A stretch of DNA of 64,000 nt from Phoronis australis (GCA_002633005.1 NMRA01000050.1:195710-259709); one strand, 5' to 3'. Positions 51,801 through 64,000 are shown, counted from the stretch's first letter. The notes: generated by a model from the sequence alone, not told the origin. A program made the numbers and translations.

Positions 51801-54800
51801 AGTGGTGACGAGGAATTTTTTCACGGACATTCAGTGGGTGGGTACATGTTTGAGCCTGAGTATAACGAGACAGAGTACGCACAGGCACAGGCAGCTGTNC
51901 AAACATCGAAGATATTTGGGTAGAATGATTCCAAGACGAGCAAATCATTGGATCTGATATACAAATTCCTCGGCAGTCTAGACAACAGAAGGATAGGACT
52001 AACGTATGAGTAACCACTGGGGATTAAAATTTTAGAGAGAAGTTTTCAATTCAAAATTTTTTGCATAGTAGACTTTAGGTCTCGCGACGGACCAGGCCAG
52101 CTTGATTTGTGCAGATGTTGAGTTTCAGTGTACTTCTGGTCCCGCGGGGAACTAGTCTTGTGATTTTTTTACCAAAGTGTGCTTTGTAAAACTATTTATC
52201 TCAGCCAGTACTGTTTGGTCCCGCGACAGATGGACTATTTTTATACGGATAATAAGCACAGGTGTACTCTTTGTCTCGTGACGGACCAGGTCAGCTTTTT
52301 GCGTACTCTCAGTGTACATCTGGTCCCTCTACAAACTAGTCCAGTGTATCTTTTCACCACTGTGCACAGGATGTTTTGGTTTCGTGAAACTATTTTCAGA
52401 TAATTTGTTTCCTGATAGATTTGACGTTTTTCATGATTCAGCTTAATAAAGTGATACCTAATTATTTATTGTCGCTTTTAATAATAGACTATGAGTTGAG
52501 AGCACCATCGTTCGCCAGTTTTTCTGGTAACGAGACAGAACACATGTTTTTTTCCGGACTAACAGTACAGGTCTTCGTTCTTAAACAACGTGAGGCTGCT
52601 GTTACGCGATCATCCGATATTCAAGTTTTTACGCCCCGTCGGTGCTCCTTGATTATGCTCTTGAATATTTGGAAATTGTCTAAACCACTGTATACACACC
52701 ACACTTTTTCGTATACGACTTTTCGTGTGCTAAAAAAGGTTTGTGTAAGCAGATGTTCCAACAAAGGGTTTAGCAGTGTGACCTGATGAGACTCGAACCC
52801 ACGACCTCGAGTAAAGAAAGCGGGCACTTATCAACCAGGCCACACTGCCTCCTCCAAACTAAACCCCCCCTTGCTGAAAACGTAGATCCGCCTTTGCCCT
52901 TGGTCATTCCTTGAATAGACATAGCTTGTTAGAGTGCATCTTCAAACGGACTCGCGACCAGACCACGGCGCCCGCCACAATAGCAATTCTTCGGAAAACG
53001 ATTTTTTTTCAAAAATATTACATGTACACGTACACTGTATGATACTGCGCAAGACAACTTTACTATACACCAGTCAAATTCGAGTTACATCTAAAATGCT
53101 TGGCTACTTCAGAATTGTCGACCGAAGCGCGCACAATTGATCTCCGCGCGTTTTGCCGATGAGCCGCGAAGACTCGAAATGCGTTGATTTTCATAACAAC
53201 AATTCACGATGCAAAAAATTATATTTTTCCTCAATTTTATCCAATTTGGTTTACTTGGGGGTTACACACGCTGGCGGTGCCGTTTTTGTTTTGCTGGGGA
53301 CGTTTTTGTTGTTTTTTTTTATTTTTGGGTCCTGGCCCAAGGGGTGTTTAAACCCCCGGAACCCCCCGTACATCCGCCGCTGGCATACACAGGAACTGAC
53401 CCGGTCACCTTGACAAGCCAAGACGTTGAGCCTTATCAAGCTCAGTTACTCCCAAGCCAAGGATCACGTGTTTTTCAAAGCTTCTTTCCGCCATTGTTGA
53501 ACTTTATACGAAGCGTCTTTAGGGTTCAAAAGCATTACCACACCCATCTGATCATTGCTGGGTGAGCAAGCAACTAAAGTCACAGACAGTGCGTGTTTAT
53601 GTAGGCGTCAATTTTGACTCCTCAATTTTAGGGTTGGATAACGCCCAAAAATCCTGGAGTGTTGACTGGTTTCGATGTTTTTGTTGCTATCGGTTATAGA
53701 ATCAAACGTATCATCTTAGAGAAATCCGATTTTATGAGACTCGCAATGCCTTATTTGATTTTAGAGTTTAGCAAGCTAAACGGTTCGAAAGGCAGCTTTT
53801 GAATAAGAAAGAAACACCTTTATCAGATTGATAACGGTATGTGGTCTAAGTTATTTTGACGACATTTTGGTTGATATTAGCTTCAATGCTTTTGAATATC
53901 ACCATAGTCGATTTCGGTTGACGCCGGTCACGACATTCTACTTGAAAAGCTCAGTGTTCCAGTCTTTCAAGGACTCGAAACTAAAGCACGTGGAGATCAC
54001 ACTGGCTTTGTTTATAAGAAATGTATTCATTACTGGCTAGTTGCTTTATGACGGCGTATATATGAACTTGTACGTGCAGATGGGGGAGTATACAAGTACA
54101 TTCTGACGACCGTGCATACATTTGTGTACCGATAACGGTATAAACATTATGTACGTACTTTACTGAACACGGTGTATACATACACAAAACGTTCCGGGAG
54201 TGGCGGAGATTGCTGCAATTATATTACTTTAAACTATTTTGGGAAAGTTTGAACATCGTACCGGCTAGCGTCGTCGAGTGGACATTGGCTTACCTTTTGA
54301 ACTTTCCATTCAGAGGGCGCTGGACGGGAATACGGAAAACACTTTGGCCGTATTGCACTCGCCTGATTTAACGCGTATGGGATAAATGCTCGTACACACG
54401 ATGGCGTATGCATGTATGTAAAAATGACGATGTATAAAATTAATTTACACACTGGTGACGATGTGTACAATGTACATTTACGTAGTGATAAATATAGATT
54501 ATTACATATATAGATTATTACGTGGCGAAGTCCTTATCCCCCGTATTCTAGAACCCGAGGGCTCTAGATAAGGGGGTAACTACTGAGAACATGTAATAAT
54601 CTATTTATACCACATATTGAACGAGAAACATTGCAATGAATCGATCTACCTTTCTCGACTCGCCTCGACTTGTCAGAGGCCGGGGTCGGAGGTCGTGACC
54701 TTTTAAGAAAAGCCGAGCTATTTTTGTCAAATAATGCTTTTACTCAAAACCAATTGAAAATTTAAACAAAATAGAAATAAAGTGAATCTATAAATTAAGG

Positions 54801-57800
54801 TGTAGCAACTATTATAGCTTACTACACATTTTATCACGCTGAGCTTCGACCGAGAAAATATCGTCTGCTAAAGTAGGTTACCACTAGTAACTGAGTGTAA
54901 TGCTCAAGTCAAAGGATCCCGACGACACGATACCCGCATTCAAATTGGAGATCGATGATTTGCAAGTGAGAGAACACGAGAGAAAAATTTCACTGAATAA
55001 TAATTTCATTTTTACGGAAATTATCCGTCTTATTTTTCATAGCGCATAAATGTCGGTACAATGCCCTTTGCTGAACATGCGATTGTTGCGCGTGCTCATT
55101 TAAGTATTCTATTTTCGCGTTCGATGACGTCAGCCGCTAAGTGGTGTAGTGGTAAAGTCGGCACCTCGAAACTCCTGATGCCCGGGTTCGAAACCGGCCT
55201 CGGTTTCCCGCCAAAATGTTATCTCAGTAGTGAGATAGCTAAATGGGTAATTAATTACACGGTTGCTTTTGCCATTTGACGCTAATACAGTGTTATAAAT
55301 TTTACTTACTGATAAGTTTGTAGTCATCAACACAATGATGACGATGAGTACACGACGTACTGATGCCGATGTACAGATTTACGTGCTGATGATTGTATGA
55401 ATGTAGGTAGAGATGGCGTCCTCTCTTGGTCATGGCAATGTTGGCCATGACGATGGTTATTATCATGATGATGGTGATGATTACGATGACGATGATGATG
55501 ATTACAATGAGTATATTGTGTGTGAAAAGAGCAGCCTATTCAGGACTGTCATAACTGCACTTCTTAACGGTTTAACTCATTATCATGTTTGTTTTCACTA
55601 GTACTGTATCCGAAATACGCCAGTCAATTCTTGACAATATCTGAATGGCTTGGAAAGAATACCTTCAGAACTCATGTCGGGTACTTTCTGCCCCTTATTG
55701 AGCAACTGAGCAGGGACCGTAAAGAAAACGGAGAGAATGGGGTAAGTTTAATTGCTTATTATGCGCTCACATATTTATGTGTGGGTGCATATTGTCGTCA
55801 TCTCTGTCCGGGCATTCCGCAGCCGTATCTCCTGCAGGATCTTACTGAAATTTGGCAGCTAGGTGTGTTCCTATCGGGTTGACGACAGAGGATGACGAGT
55901 TTCGGACCGATTCGAATACCGCTGTGCCCCCTAGTGGCAATGGGGCTATTCGACAATCTTTACATTACTAGAGGGCGCGCGTGTACTAGTGGTGATGGAT
56001 TAAGCAGCCTCGATTTCGCGAGCCCTCTATATACATGGTGAAATGGCTTGCAGCCGTGCCAACTGAATCTGAGATTGCGTGAAAAGTGTGCGTCTATGAG
56101 AGGAAGTAAGCATGACCTTATACAAAGGTAAGGCAGTTGTGATTATTTTAACGATTATTCCATGTTTACAATATTGATACCGTACCTGTTAATTGAGGTA
56201 CTGGCCGATGTCGACTTAGCGGCAGTCGCCAGTCGGTTAATCATTGTTTGTCGTGATGACTGATGTGTGTTACGATTCTTGACGTAGCACTCGGGATTTT
56301 TCGTATATAAAAGCAGTATTATTAATGTTTGGAATGATTTCTAACAGGTTTATCAGTGACAGTTACATCAGTCAATGCTGAATGTTCATGCTGTCAACTC
56401 GATATTTGTTAGTGAGTTAAGATTACAGTCCAAGCCCAAAGCCCAAAGGGTACGTGACAGATATCCATTAGACTATTTGTTTACTCCCTATCCTATGTCG
56501 TCGGGAAATCTATTACACGTTTGCATGGAAATATATCATGTCTGTTTTCACCTGCCCTTTGGTTTTTAGGTTTGAGGGCTAGTACCCTAGGAGATATGTA
56601 TCGCTTCTGCAACTGTCCCTGAAAGGACAAAAATTAGTTTTAAGCAGTTGACTGCAGGCATCTAACCAGCAAGATATCCCTATCCAGTGCAGATCTGTTG
56701 TCAAAGCCTACTTTCTATAGACAAAGAACAAAGCCTTTGAAAAGGGGAAGCTAGTTTTAAAGAAAGGTATGTAAGTTGTTTTGTTAATTTACTTATCCAG
56801 GTCCTTAGCGAGAGGTTGGCATAGGGTGTTGGGGTTGTAAAATTTGGTGCAACTGAATGTGTGGAAATAACAGGTAATATTGTCCGGGGAAAAGAGCATG
56901 GTGAGGCAATTCTTAGCCTTCATGAAGTTCTTTCACGTTTCATGACACTTTTTTGCTATCCATTGTAAACCCCTAAAATATGTTACATTCTCTGAATTCT
57001 TAGGAACTGATCAGCCTTCACTCATGCCTTGAAATGTTGCAAGTCATTTAAAAATTCATATGACTGTCATTTTTATGAAAATTGCATTTTGATGTGAACA
57101 TACGAGTGAGGTCGTATTGGAACATATTATTCTTACTGCCAATACGCAAACAATGGTGCCTCAGGATTTTCAATTACTCTAAAACAACAGAAAGATTATC
57201 CATCATTTTTAGGTGACCCAAGTTTTCATCTCCTCTATTAGAAGAAAAATAAAAAATCTGAGAAATGGTTCCCTCAGCCTGAGACCAGAAGTGTGCTTGA
57301 CAGACCCATGATTCTGTAATCTGTGTTTATAATTGCTGAAGGAATCAAAAATCGAAAGGCTTGAAGACGGGTAGCAAAGGTTTCAAGTTGTCTCAAATAA
57401 CTTGCATATTTTGCAGATAAGTGATGCATTTAAAGCATTGTTATGGCTAGGAATGAAAAATAAAGAAGCACTTCTATTCCAATCATTACTTATGATATTA
57501 TATACACCCTTGCTTTCTCGAAATGGTAATTATTTAATTTTGTGTGAAATTGCGAAGCATCTATCATATCATATTTTTTGAAAAACAAGGGAAACATTTT
57601 TGACCCAAGCTGACGTTCTTTATTATTCATGTTTCAATATTTGTTCCAGGTTCAGTAACCTTTTTAAGGCCTCTTGAAGCCGCAACATAGACAACTTTTG
57701 TTACTCCTTTCTCTTCCCACAGCATGTCGTCCACACACCAACGGTGCTGCATGGCACAATGTACAAGAAAGTGGCCCTGGAGAAATGTGAATCGCAGTAC

Positions 57801-60800
57801 TAAGTTACTGAACCGTACGAAAATGTGCCAATGGATTGTTTGTGTTTGAAGAGGAACTATATCTGACTGCTACACCAGCCAGCCTCATGGGTGAGGCTGC
57901 CGTTTCATAGGCAATGAGTCAAGTGTGGACAACAATGGCTTATTTCCTTTTCATGGAAGAAACATGAGGGCCTGAAGCTAAAGAAGACCTAGCAACACTC
58001 TGGTCTAGTTCAGGGTCAGATTTTGGGCACAAAGCGAGTAAAGAGATATGGTGTTGTTTTTACCTTTAAGGATCTAATTGTGGACTTTATTGAGGCTGAA
58101 TGAAGAAAGCCATGTGCCAAAACTGGACCTTTTTACAAGTGCTTCTATGGGCCATTGAAATTCGATCCCAGTGAAATGAAAAGCCAAAGCAATACCTGTC
58201 ATTTCTAACTGAGTGACATTAACTTTTCCTTTCAGAAGAAAGGCTTTATACTAAGGGTAAAACTTTTCAACTTGGTACGCATTATGCGGAAATGACATTC
58301 AGGGACTGCATCGATTGTCTTATTGTCAGTAAAAAACCGTTAATGTTACACTTTGATGATCGAATAAAGTTTTCATCAACAGCCATGTTTGTCACTAAAT
58401 ATTCAAACCACAATATTTCTTCAGTTTTAAGGCCCCATACAGTGCAGTCGCGCTGCTTCTTTATAAAGCTGAAGTGATTACCAATTACGCTTGCGAATTT
58501 TTATTTTCCTGTTGACCTATAGAAATGTTCGGCAATTAAAACGAAGTATTCCCTTTGATTGCATTTGCTTTGTTTATGCGTGAAACTATTTTTAGAGCTG
58601 TCTTAAGAAGACCTTTGAACAGCTTTAAGTTTTGTGTTAACTTGTCTATAGCAAAAGTTCCACATACAAGCAAAGTATGTTTTCAATCTTAGCTAGCTGG
58701 ATAAGAATCCGCTATGCATAAGGGTCGAGAATATACAATAATCAGTGTATTTAAAAACAAAATGACAACCACATACATACAACGGAACAACATTATTTGT
58801 TAAAAACTATTGTAATTTTCCCATTCAAGTATATTAAGGCCTGACTTTATGAATTGAAAGGTTCAATTCCATCAGGTTATTGCTGAATGACTGCTTTTCA
58901 CTTTGTCGAAAGGTAAAATAGACGGTAAGGCGGTTGGTTTCAGACGTTTTCTCTCACCTGTAACAAAATAGTCAGATAAATATTAGCAAATTATAAAAGA
59001 AAACACAAGACAAAACTACTTTTTTGAGACAGAACTTGACATTTCATCTTTATGATTATATGTAGAAACTAATAATCTTTGAACCCAAGCCTTATTCAAG
59101 ATCTGAATTAAAATATGTGAAAGAGGCTGAAAGTGATTTAAGAATGTGTATTTTTACGAAACTTAAAATGTGTTTCAGATCTCAGCAAATAAAATTCATT
59201 CTAGGCGTCAATATCTATTCTAATGCAATGTTAGAACTTTACCGAATAGCTCATTCATCTTAATTCGGCAAATATATTCTGGTAGTCCTGGGGGTGGGGT
59301 CTGTTATAAACTAATTAAATTCACTCATCTAGGGGATTTTATTGGACATAGCATAGTTTTGTAAAGTAACTGCTATGCAAAAGTCACCCTTGACTTCTGA
59401 GTGACACGTCCCATACACCTCTTATATTGGGGTATGTGCTACGAGCTTACCCAGGTGCCAGGTGAGTTTCTGAAGAGAAACACTTAGTTCCACTGAATAA
59501 ACCCGTTATTCAGTGGAGTAACTGGTGAGGATAACATCACTGATCGATGTCGATAGAAACTTAATTGCAAAAAACTTACCAAAGGTAACGAGATTATGTA
59601 GTCTCTCAATGGAAATGCATAGAGCACACACACACGGGGAGGAGTGATCGGCATCCACACACTTTTTGCACTTGGTTGACCCTTTTTGACCTGTTGTAAC
59701 CTTAGGTCTTTTGGGAATTTGTGACCACCTGTCGAAGCTTTGCACCTGCGAAAATAGTAATAAAAAGGCTTAGCCATGGACGGCGCAGCACTGAAAAAAG
59801 TGGTTGGCTAAAGCCCCCTCAGCCTCCTGTGTTGCATCGCTTATATACAACGAGCGGCGTAGCGCTGAAAAAAGTGGGGCCTACAGCACCCCCCCCCCCC
59901 CCCCCNCCCAGCCCCTATGGTGCGCCGCCCATGTTAGCGCGTCGCCGTATTTTGATAACAATTCCATCTTTTTACCAGCTGTTAAAGGCCCAGTCATACA
60001 GCCGATTACGCATGAGTCACGCACAGATTTTTGCTTATGCGTGAAGCTTGCGTCGTATGCGTAATTGGTCGGTGGAACCAACGTGGAGCATCAGTGAATG
60101 TAAGTGGATATGCGTCGAGGGGGGGTTTGTGCGCGATTTTGAGTTTTGAACGGTTCAAAAATTTTCCAACGCACAACTCTGCGTCGGTGTGCGTAATTCG
60201 TGAGTTGACGTGCGTAGTTTATGCGTCGAGTATGCGTGATTATGCGCTGGACACGCGTTTGCCATCAGTGCTTATGCGTCAGAACTGGTTCGAAATCACG
60301 CACGTCCACGTCCGTCCACTGACGCCCCACCTTCATATCACGCATGAAATACGCATATATGACGTTCATTCCACTGACATCCACTGACAATCACTTACAA
60401 AAGTGTTTGAACGTGATCCGTCAGTGATTCATGCGTAAGGCATGCGTCGAAGGTTCGTGGAATACCATATCATTTTGGCTTGTATGCGTCGATATGCGCG
60501 ATATGTCAGTGATTCATCAATGATTGTAAGTGATATGTGCGTGGGCCATAGGTGATTCGTCAGTTATTTGTCAGTGATTTCTAACCTCTACACCCGGAAA
60601 ATTTGGTCAATTTCTCGACGATCAAAACACGCACAAATTGAATTTGTGCGTGTTGTATGAGTGATTCATGCGTGATCGGCTGTTTGACTGGGCCTTTACG
60701 TGCAGACAGCGACGCATGCGCAATTCAATCACCACTAGTGCAGCAGCGACACCACGTCGAATAGCCCATTGTAGTTTTTTACGTTTAAACTTTGCCTCTG

Positions 60801-63730
60801 TAGCCTATCTCCAAAGGTCCTCAACCGATTTTTATGAAATTTGGTACATAGGCATCTATTAATGAGGTGACGCTATCCTCCAATTTTCGGTTAGATTTGA
60901 AGTATTTTGCGCCGTCTAGTGGCCATTTTCACTATTTTCGAATTCGTTTTTTGCGTTCGCCCCTCCATCAACCAAACCACTCTAAGCCGGATGATTATGA
61001 AAATTGGCATGTATGTTCTTAGTATAAAGAGGACGGTTGACGACGATTTTCCGACAACTTCGATTACTGCAGCGGCAGTTTTGTTTGTTTTTGCGTCCAT
61101 GGCTGTATCTCCTAAACGCTATACAGGATCTTTATTAAAAGTAGCAAATGTATTTGTATGAAGTTGACAACAGACGAAGAGGACTTGCGGACAGAGCGGA
61201 CTACCGATGTGCCCCCTAGTGGCAATTTTAGTTTTTTTACGTTTAGCTCTGTATCTCCATAAACTTTGGCACACGGGCATCTATTAATGAGGTGACGCTA
61301 TCCTCCCGTTTTCGGACGGATTCGAGGTATTTTGCGTCACCTAGTGGCCATTTTTATTGTTTTCATGTCTGTCTTTTTGGTGTCCTTCCCTCCATTCACC
61401 AAACCACTCTGAGGATGATTGTGAAAATTGTGATGTATGTTCTTACTATGAAGAGGACGAATGGAAATAACTTTTCGACGACTTCGACTACTGTGGCGCT
61501 TCGAGTGGCATTTTTTCCGCCCATGCCTGTATCTCCTCAGCCTTCTGTAGGATCTTTATTAAATTTAGCACATGTATTTATATGAAGTTAAGAACGGAAG
61601 ACGACGACTTTCAGACGGATCCAACGAACACTGTGCCCCCTAGTTTCAATTTCCTTCTTTCTGTTTTACTGTTTCTCTGAAGTTCCTCGACGAATTTTCA
61701 TGAAATTTGGTAAATAGCTTTCTTTTAAAGGAACGGTGATGTTTTCCAGTTTTCAGATGGATTCGACATATTTTGCGCCATCTAGTGGCCATTTTTACTG
61801 TTTTCTTGCATCTGCCAATCGAACCAGTCTTAGGAAGATTGTGAAAACTGGCTTTATGTTCTTAGTGTGAAGAGGACGGTTGACGATGATTTTCGACTTC
61901 AATTACTGTGGCGCCTCCTAGTAGCAGTTTTATTTTTTGCGCCCTTAGCTATATCTTCTAAGCCCTCAGCAGGATCTTTATTAAATTAAGCACGTGTATT
62001 CGTGTGAAGTTGACAACGGAAGACAACTTTCAGACGGATCCGACGAACGCTTTGCCCTCTAATGGCAATTTCATTTTTCAATTTTGCTCTGTCTCTAAAT
62101 TTCCTTGATGGACTTTCATGAAATTTTAGCTTTTCTCGTTTTTTTATGCATTTTTGAAGTATTTTGCTCAATCCAGTGGCCATTTTATGATACAAATAAA
62201 CACCCTAGCAGCACACCGTTTGCAGTGCATTCGTGGGCGCATTTCAACTTTCCGCATTGCTCTTGTACAGTTTTTGGCCTGACGTTTAATCGTTTCACCC
62301 GAGGTGCTCGAGTGTGTACGAAGATAACTTTCTAATCCTATACGTGTAGTTTGTATTTGATAATAGAAACATAAAGGCTAAAAGTTCGAGTCAGATATCA
62401 AAATTTCGAGCTTTTACTTGAGTTTGTAGTAGGGGTCATTAAGTGCAAAGTTGCGTGAATAAACCATGGTGTACATGTACTTGACGAAAGTCTAATAGCT
62501 ACTTAACTTGAGTCCACACAGAAGTAGATCAGAAATGACAACAATAATCTCGAGTTCGATTTCAAATAAAATATTAGACCGTGGGCCTAGGTTGTTCGCA
62601 ATCGCAGTGTTTTATGTTGACTTGTGTAGAGAATGGCTCGTATGTAGTGGGCTGTAAACACTTCGGTTAAATACAACTGCCAGCTTCAACTTGATTGTAC
62701 CAGATTTATATCTCGCGACATTTAGGGATTTTCTTAAAACCTATATATGATCCAAGAAGTTGGTCTACTTGTTATTTAGGGGTCTTTGCGTATTACGATG
62801 CGGAATAAAACTACCCATAAAGAAGTCTGAAATGATCACCGTGCTCCTGAATAAGGTGGCACTCAACAGTTTTGGCTGATTTGGGGCTTGAAAAACCAGG
62901 CCGAGTCAGCTCTAACAGCTTGTTCCAAAGGATGTACAAAACTTGAAAATTTGAAGAGTATAATGAGTCAGAAACCTCAAAAACCTTGCACAAAGTCAAT
63001 ATTTTCACCTTATACTACTAACGGAGGTGCAGCTGGCTACTTGAAATAAAACGAGCCAAAATATGCCGAATCATCAATTTTCACCCCCAAAGCAGTGCAT
63101 TCAGACAGCCAAAACTCTTCAAATTCCAAAAACCAGGAAAAAGTGGGTGTTGACCTACCAGATTTTTCACAAATCAAAGGAGTCTGAAGGGTACCTTAAA
63201 TTCCCTCTCAATTTCAACTTCAGACTTGCAAGCAGTAAACAGATTTAAATATCAAGTAATTGTCAACCGTAGCCTTGGTATGCACCCTAGACCTTAAAAT
63301 GCCCGGCTAACCCAGCAAACTGAACTGTGCCTCAAAAAAGCTATTGAGTGCCACCAAAGTTCTTATAAACAACAATGGATTACAAATCTTTGTTCATGTT
63401 GCATCAGAACGTCCAGTACAGGAGGGAAGAATAAACACTTGGCAACAATGCAAAGCCTTTTGCTTGGGATCTCCAGGTGTGGTTATTTGTGGCGAAACCA
63501 TTGAGTAGTCACAGGAAAGACGTGTTAAGGGAAATATGGTGGACATTTTGCTGTGAATTGTGAAACACGACACACAAGGAGAACACTATTTCCAGGTCCA
63601 TGAAGTATGTAATTCATATCCACTTGCATATTCTCGCAGAAATATAAAGACTTTCTACAGCTTCTCATGAAGGCCAATCAAAACTTTGAAGACCAACAAA
63701 AGAAAGTAGGAGACACGGCAAAAACTAAAG
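42822..63730 (+). CDS. Cytochrome P450, CYP3 clan (CYP3A-like), tandem paralog 2; exons 1-9, continues beyond window
   Basis: Exons 42822-42907, 45003-45105, 46472-46524, 47316-47412, 48071-48184, 50151-50239, 50669-50817, 55602-55741, 63640-63730. All introns are GT-AG and in frame, with the same phases as paralog 1. WKDVRSIMSPTFTSGKLR present. Confidence 0.9.
43915..44368. mobile_element. Foldback-like MITE with mirrored short subrepeats
   Basis: CAATTGGTTGGACTTCAAAAACC left vs GGTTTTGAAGTCCACCAATTG right; ~21-bp TGGCC/CAAAA units in the left arm are inverted in the right arm. Confidence 0.65.
45355..45630 (+). mobile_element. Short HINE-like repeat related to 55756-62266
   Basis: GCATATTGCTGTCATCTCC...GGGCATCC matches ~55786-55820; also carries CCCCCTAGTG and CATGAAATTT unit motifs. 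Confidence 0.5.
48686..48900 (-). mobile_element. LINE ORF2 C-terminal remnant with internal ~74-bp tandem duplication
   Basis: Minus strand RSCSICNTGAIETEEHV; unit TCTACCAGT...ACAAGA repeated twice. Confidence 0.55.
51398..51898 (-). mobile_element. Kolobok-like element end (KolX-like side) inserted at TTAA, cut by assembly gap
   Basis: TTAA|AGGCGAAGGCAAC TIR homologous to the 22536 end; encodes MAGVG...SGDEEFF...GGYMFEPEYNETEYAQA like 22201-22045; ends at N 51899. Confidence 0.75.
51900..52893 (+). mobile_element. Third hAT-like copy (3' half) with an inverted SINE head
   Basis: 51900-52763 is nearly identical to 13554-14430; SINE head at 52764-52855; then the right TIR CCCCCTTGCTGAAAACGTAGATCCGCC. 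Confidence 0.85.
54185..54400 (+). repeat. Unclassified dispersed repeat, also at ~26385-26650
   Basis: Shared blocks AAACTATTT(T)GGGAAAGTTTGAA, CCGGCTAGCG, CGTATTGCAC and GATAAA in the same order. Confidence 0.6.
55133..55210 (+). mobile_element. tRNA-derived SINE head
   Basis: A box GTGGTGTAGTGG and B box GGTTCGAAACC; no clean cloverleaf. Confidence 0.6.
55450..55505. repeat. Imperfect (GAT)n microsatellite
   Basis: GATGATGGTGATGATTACGATGACGATGATGATGAT. Confidence 0.85.
59775..59933 (+). mobile_element. Short MITE (dimer) with 5-bp TSD
   Basis: CATGGACGGCGCA ... TGCGCCGCCCATG; flanks TTAGC/TTAGC. Confidence 0.8.
59986..60695. mobile_element. Harbinger-like MITE
   Basis: ~35-bp TIR AGGCCCAGTCATACAGCCGATTACGCATGAGTCAC vs GTGATTCATGCGTGATCGGCTGTTTGACTGGGCCT, in a TAA/TTA context; internal TGCGT/TCAGTG repeats. 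Confidence 0.8.
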
Positions 63731-64000
63731 GTAAGTGTAGCTCTACGTAACCTATGCTATAATGTTTTTGAAAAAGTGTCTTCACAATTTCCACACTTCA
63801 TAGTGAGTAGATCTCGTCAATACAGAAATATGTCAATTATAACAGGCTTAAAAACAATCCAATTTTCATGTTTCGGGCCTCTTGCGTTGACCAGAGCCTG
63901 ATTCGTAAGCAAATCGTGTGAAGGAAAACAAGAATGTCGCAAACTGGAGCCCAGTGTCGATGATTTTTAGACTTCCTGTATTTACTTGATTTCTGCTTTA

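Larger units (their letters stand above)
51219..53382 (-). mobile_element. Second copy of the 5-bp-TSD hAT-like element, hosting nested insertions
   Basis: 51219-51397 is the reverse complement of ~14561-14728; 52895-53382 is the reverse complement of ~12346-13026 with deletions; flanks GCATA/GCATA. Confidence 0.8.
55942..60767. mobile_element. Decayed ISL2EU-like DNA transposon (YqaJ exonuclease on +, THAP on -)
   Basis: TIR GGGCTATTCGAC/GTCGAATAGCCC, subterminal ACTAGTGGTGAT, AT duplicated at both flanks. ~57730-58140 encodes VLHGTMYKKVAL...GLFV...YLTATP...LKLKKT...VQGQILGT...VVFTFKD (YqaJ-like). 59745-59590 minus encodes HKFPKD...WMP...RVC..MHF (THAP). Confidence 0.72.
55756..62266 (+). 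mobile_element. Helentron-associated non-autonomous element (HINE/DINE-1-like) with internal ~426-bp tandem array, interrupted by an ISL2EU-like insertion
   Basis: 5' subTIR ATGCGCTCAC, nearby complement GTGGGTGCAT, 3' subTIR GTGGGCGCAT (~62233) and end CATTGCTCTTGT; about 3.3 diverged tandem units at 60770-62190 (GGCATCTATTAATGAGGTGACG at 60851 and 61277). Confidence 0.7.

Noticed and set aside
55413-55601. Asp-rich biomineralisation-like peptide
   Set aside because: Translation of an intronic (GAT)n microsatellite; no signal peptide or splice support.

Overview
AT-rich, intron- and repeat-dense animal genomic DNA, not prokaryotic. Gene style and repeat families suggest a marine invertebrate, probably a lophotrochozoan such as a mollusc (inference only). 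Most six-frame ORFs are spurious or are exon or transposon fragments. Host genes I could rebuild by hand: (1) a minus-strand secreted fibrinogen-related (FReD) gene whose likely first exon encodes a signal peptide and a PAN/Apple-like module (800-5372); (2) its decayed tandem paralog (~16400-19250); (3) an apparently intact 14-exon, 514-aa CYP3-clan cytochrome P450 (22888-36869) that needs a GC splice donor; (4) a second tandem CYP3-clan paralog whose first 9 exons (42822-63730) run off the window. The rest is decayed mobile DNA: at least five THAP zinc-finger remnants, Kolobok-like elements, a hAT-like family and MITEs that consistently make 5-bp TSDs, an ISL2EU-like THAP/YqaJ element nested in a Helentron-type (HINE) repeat carrying co-oriented CTCF-like motifs, and Penelope, Tx1/L1, L2/CR1 and tRNA-SINE fragments. 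I found no convincing wholly new biological system. The best leads are the 5-bp-TSD hAT family with possible self-targeting, the CTCF-motif array, the PAN+FBG lectin architecture and the GC donor.
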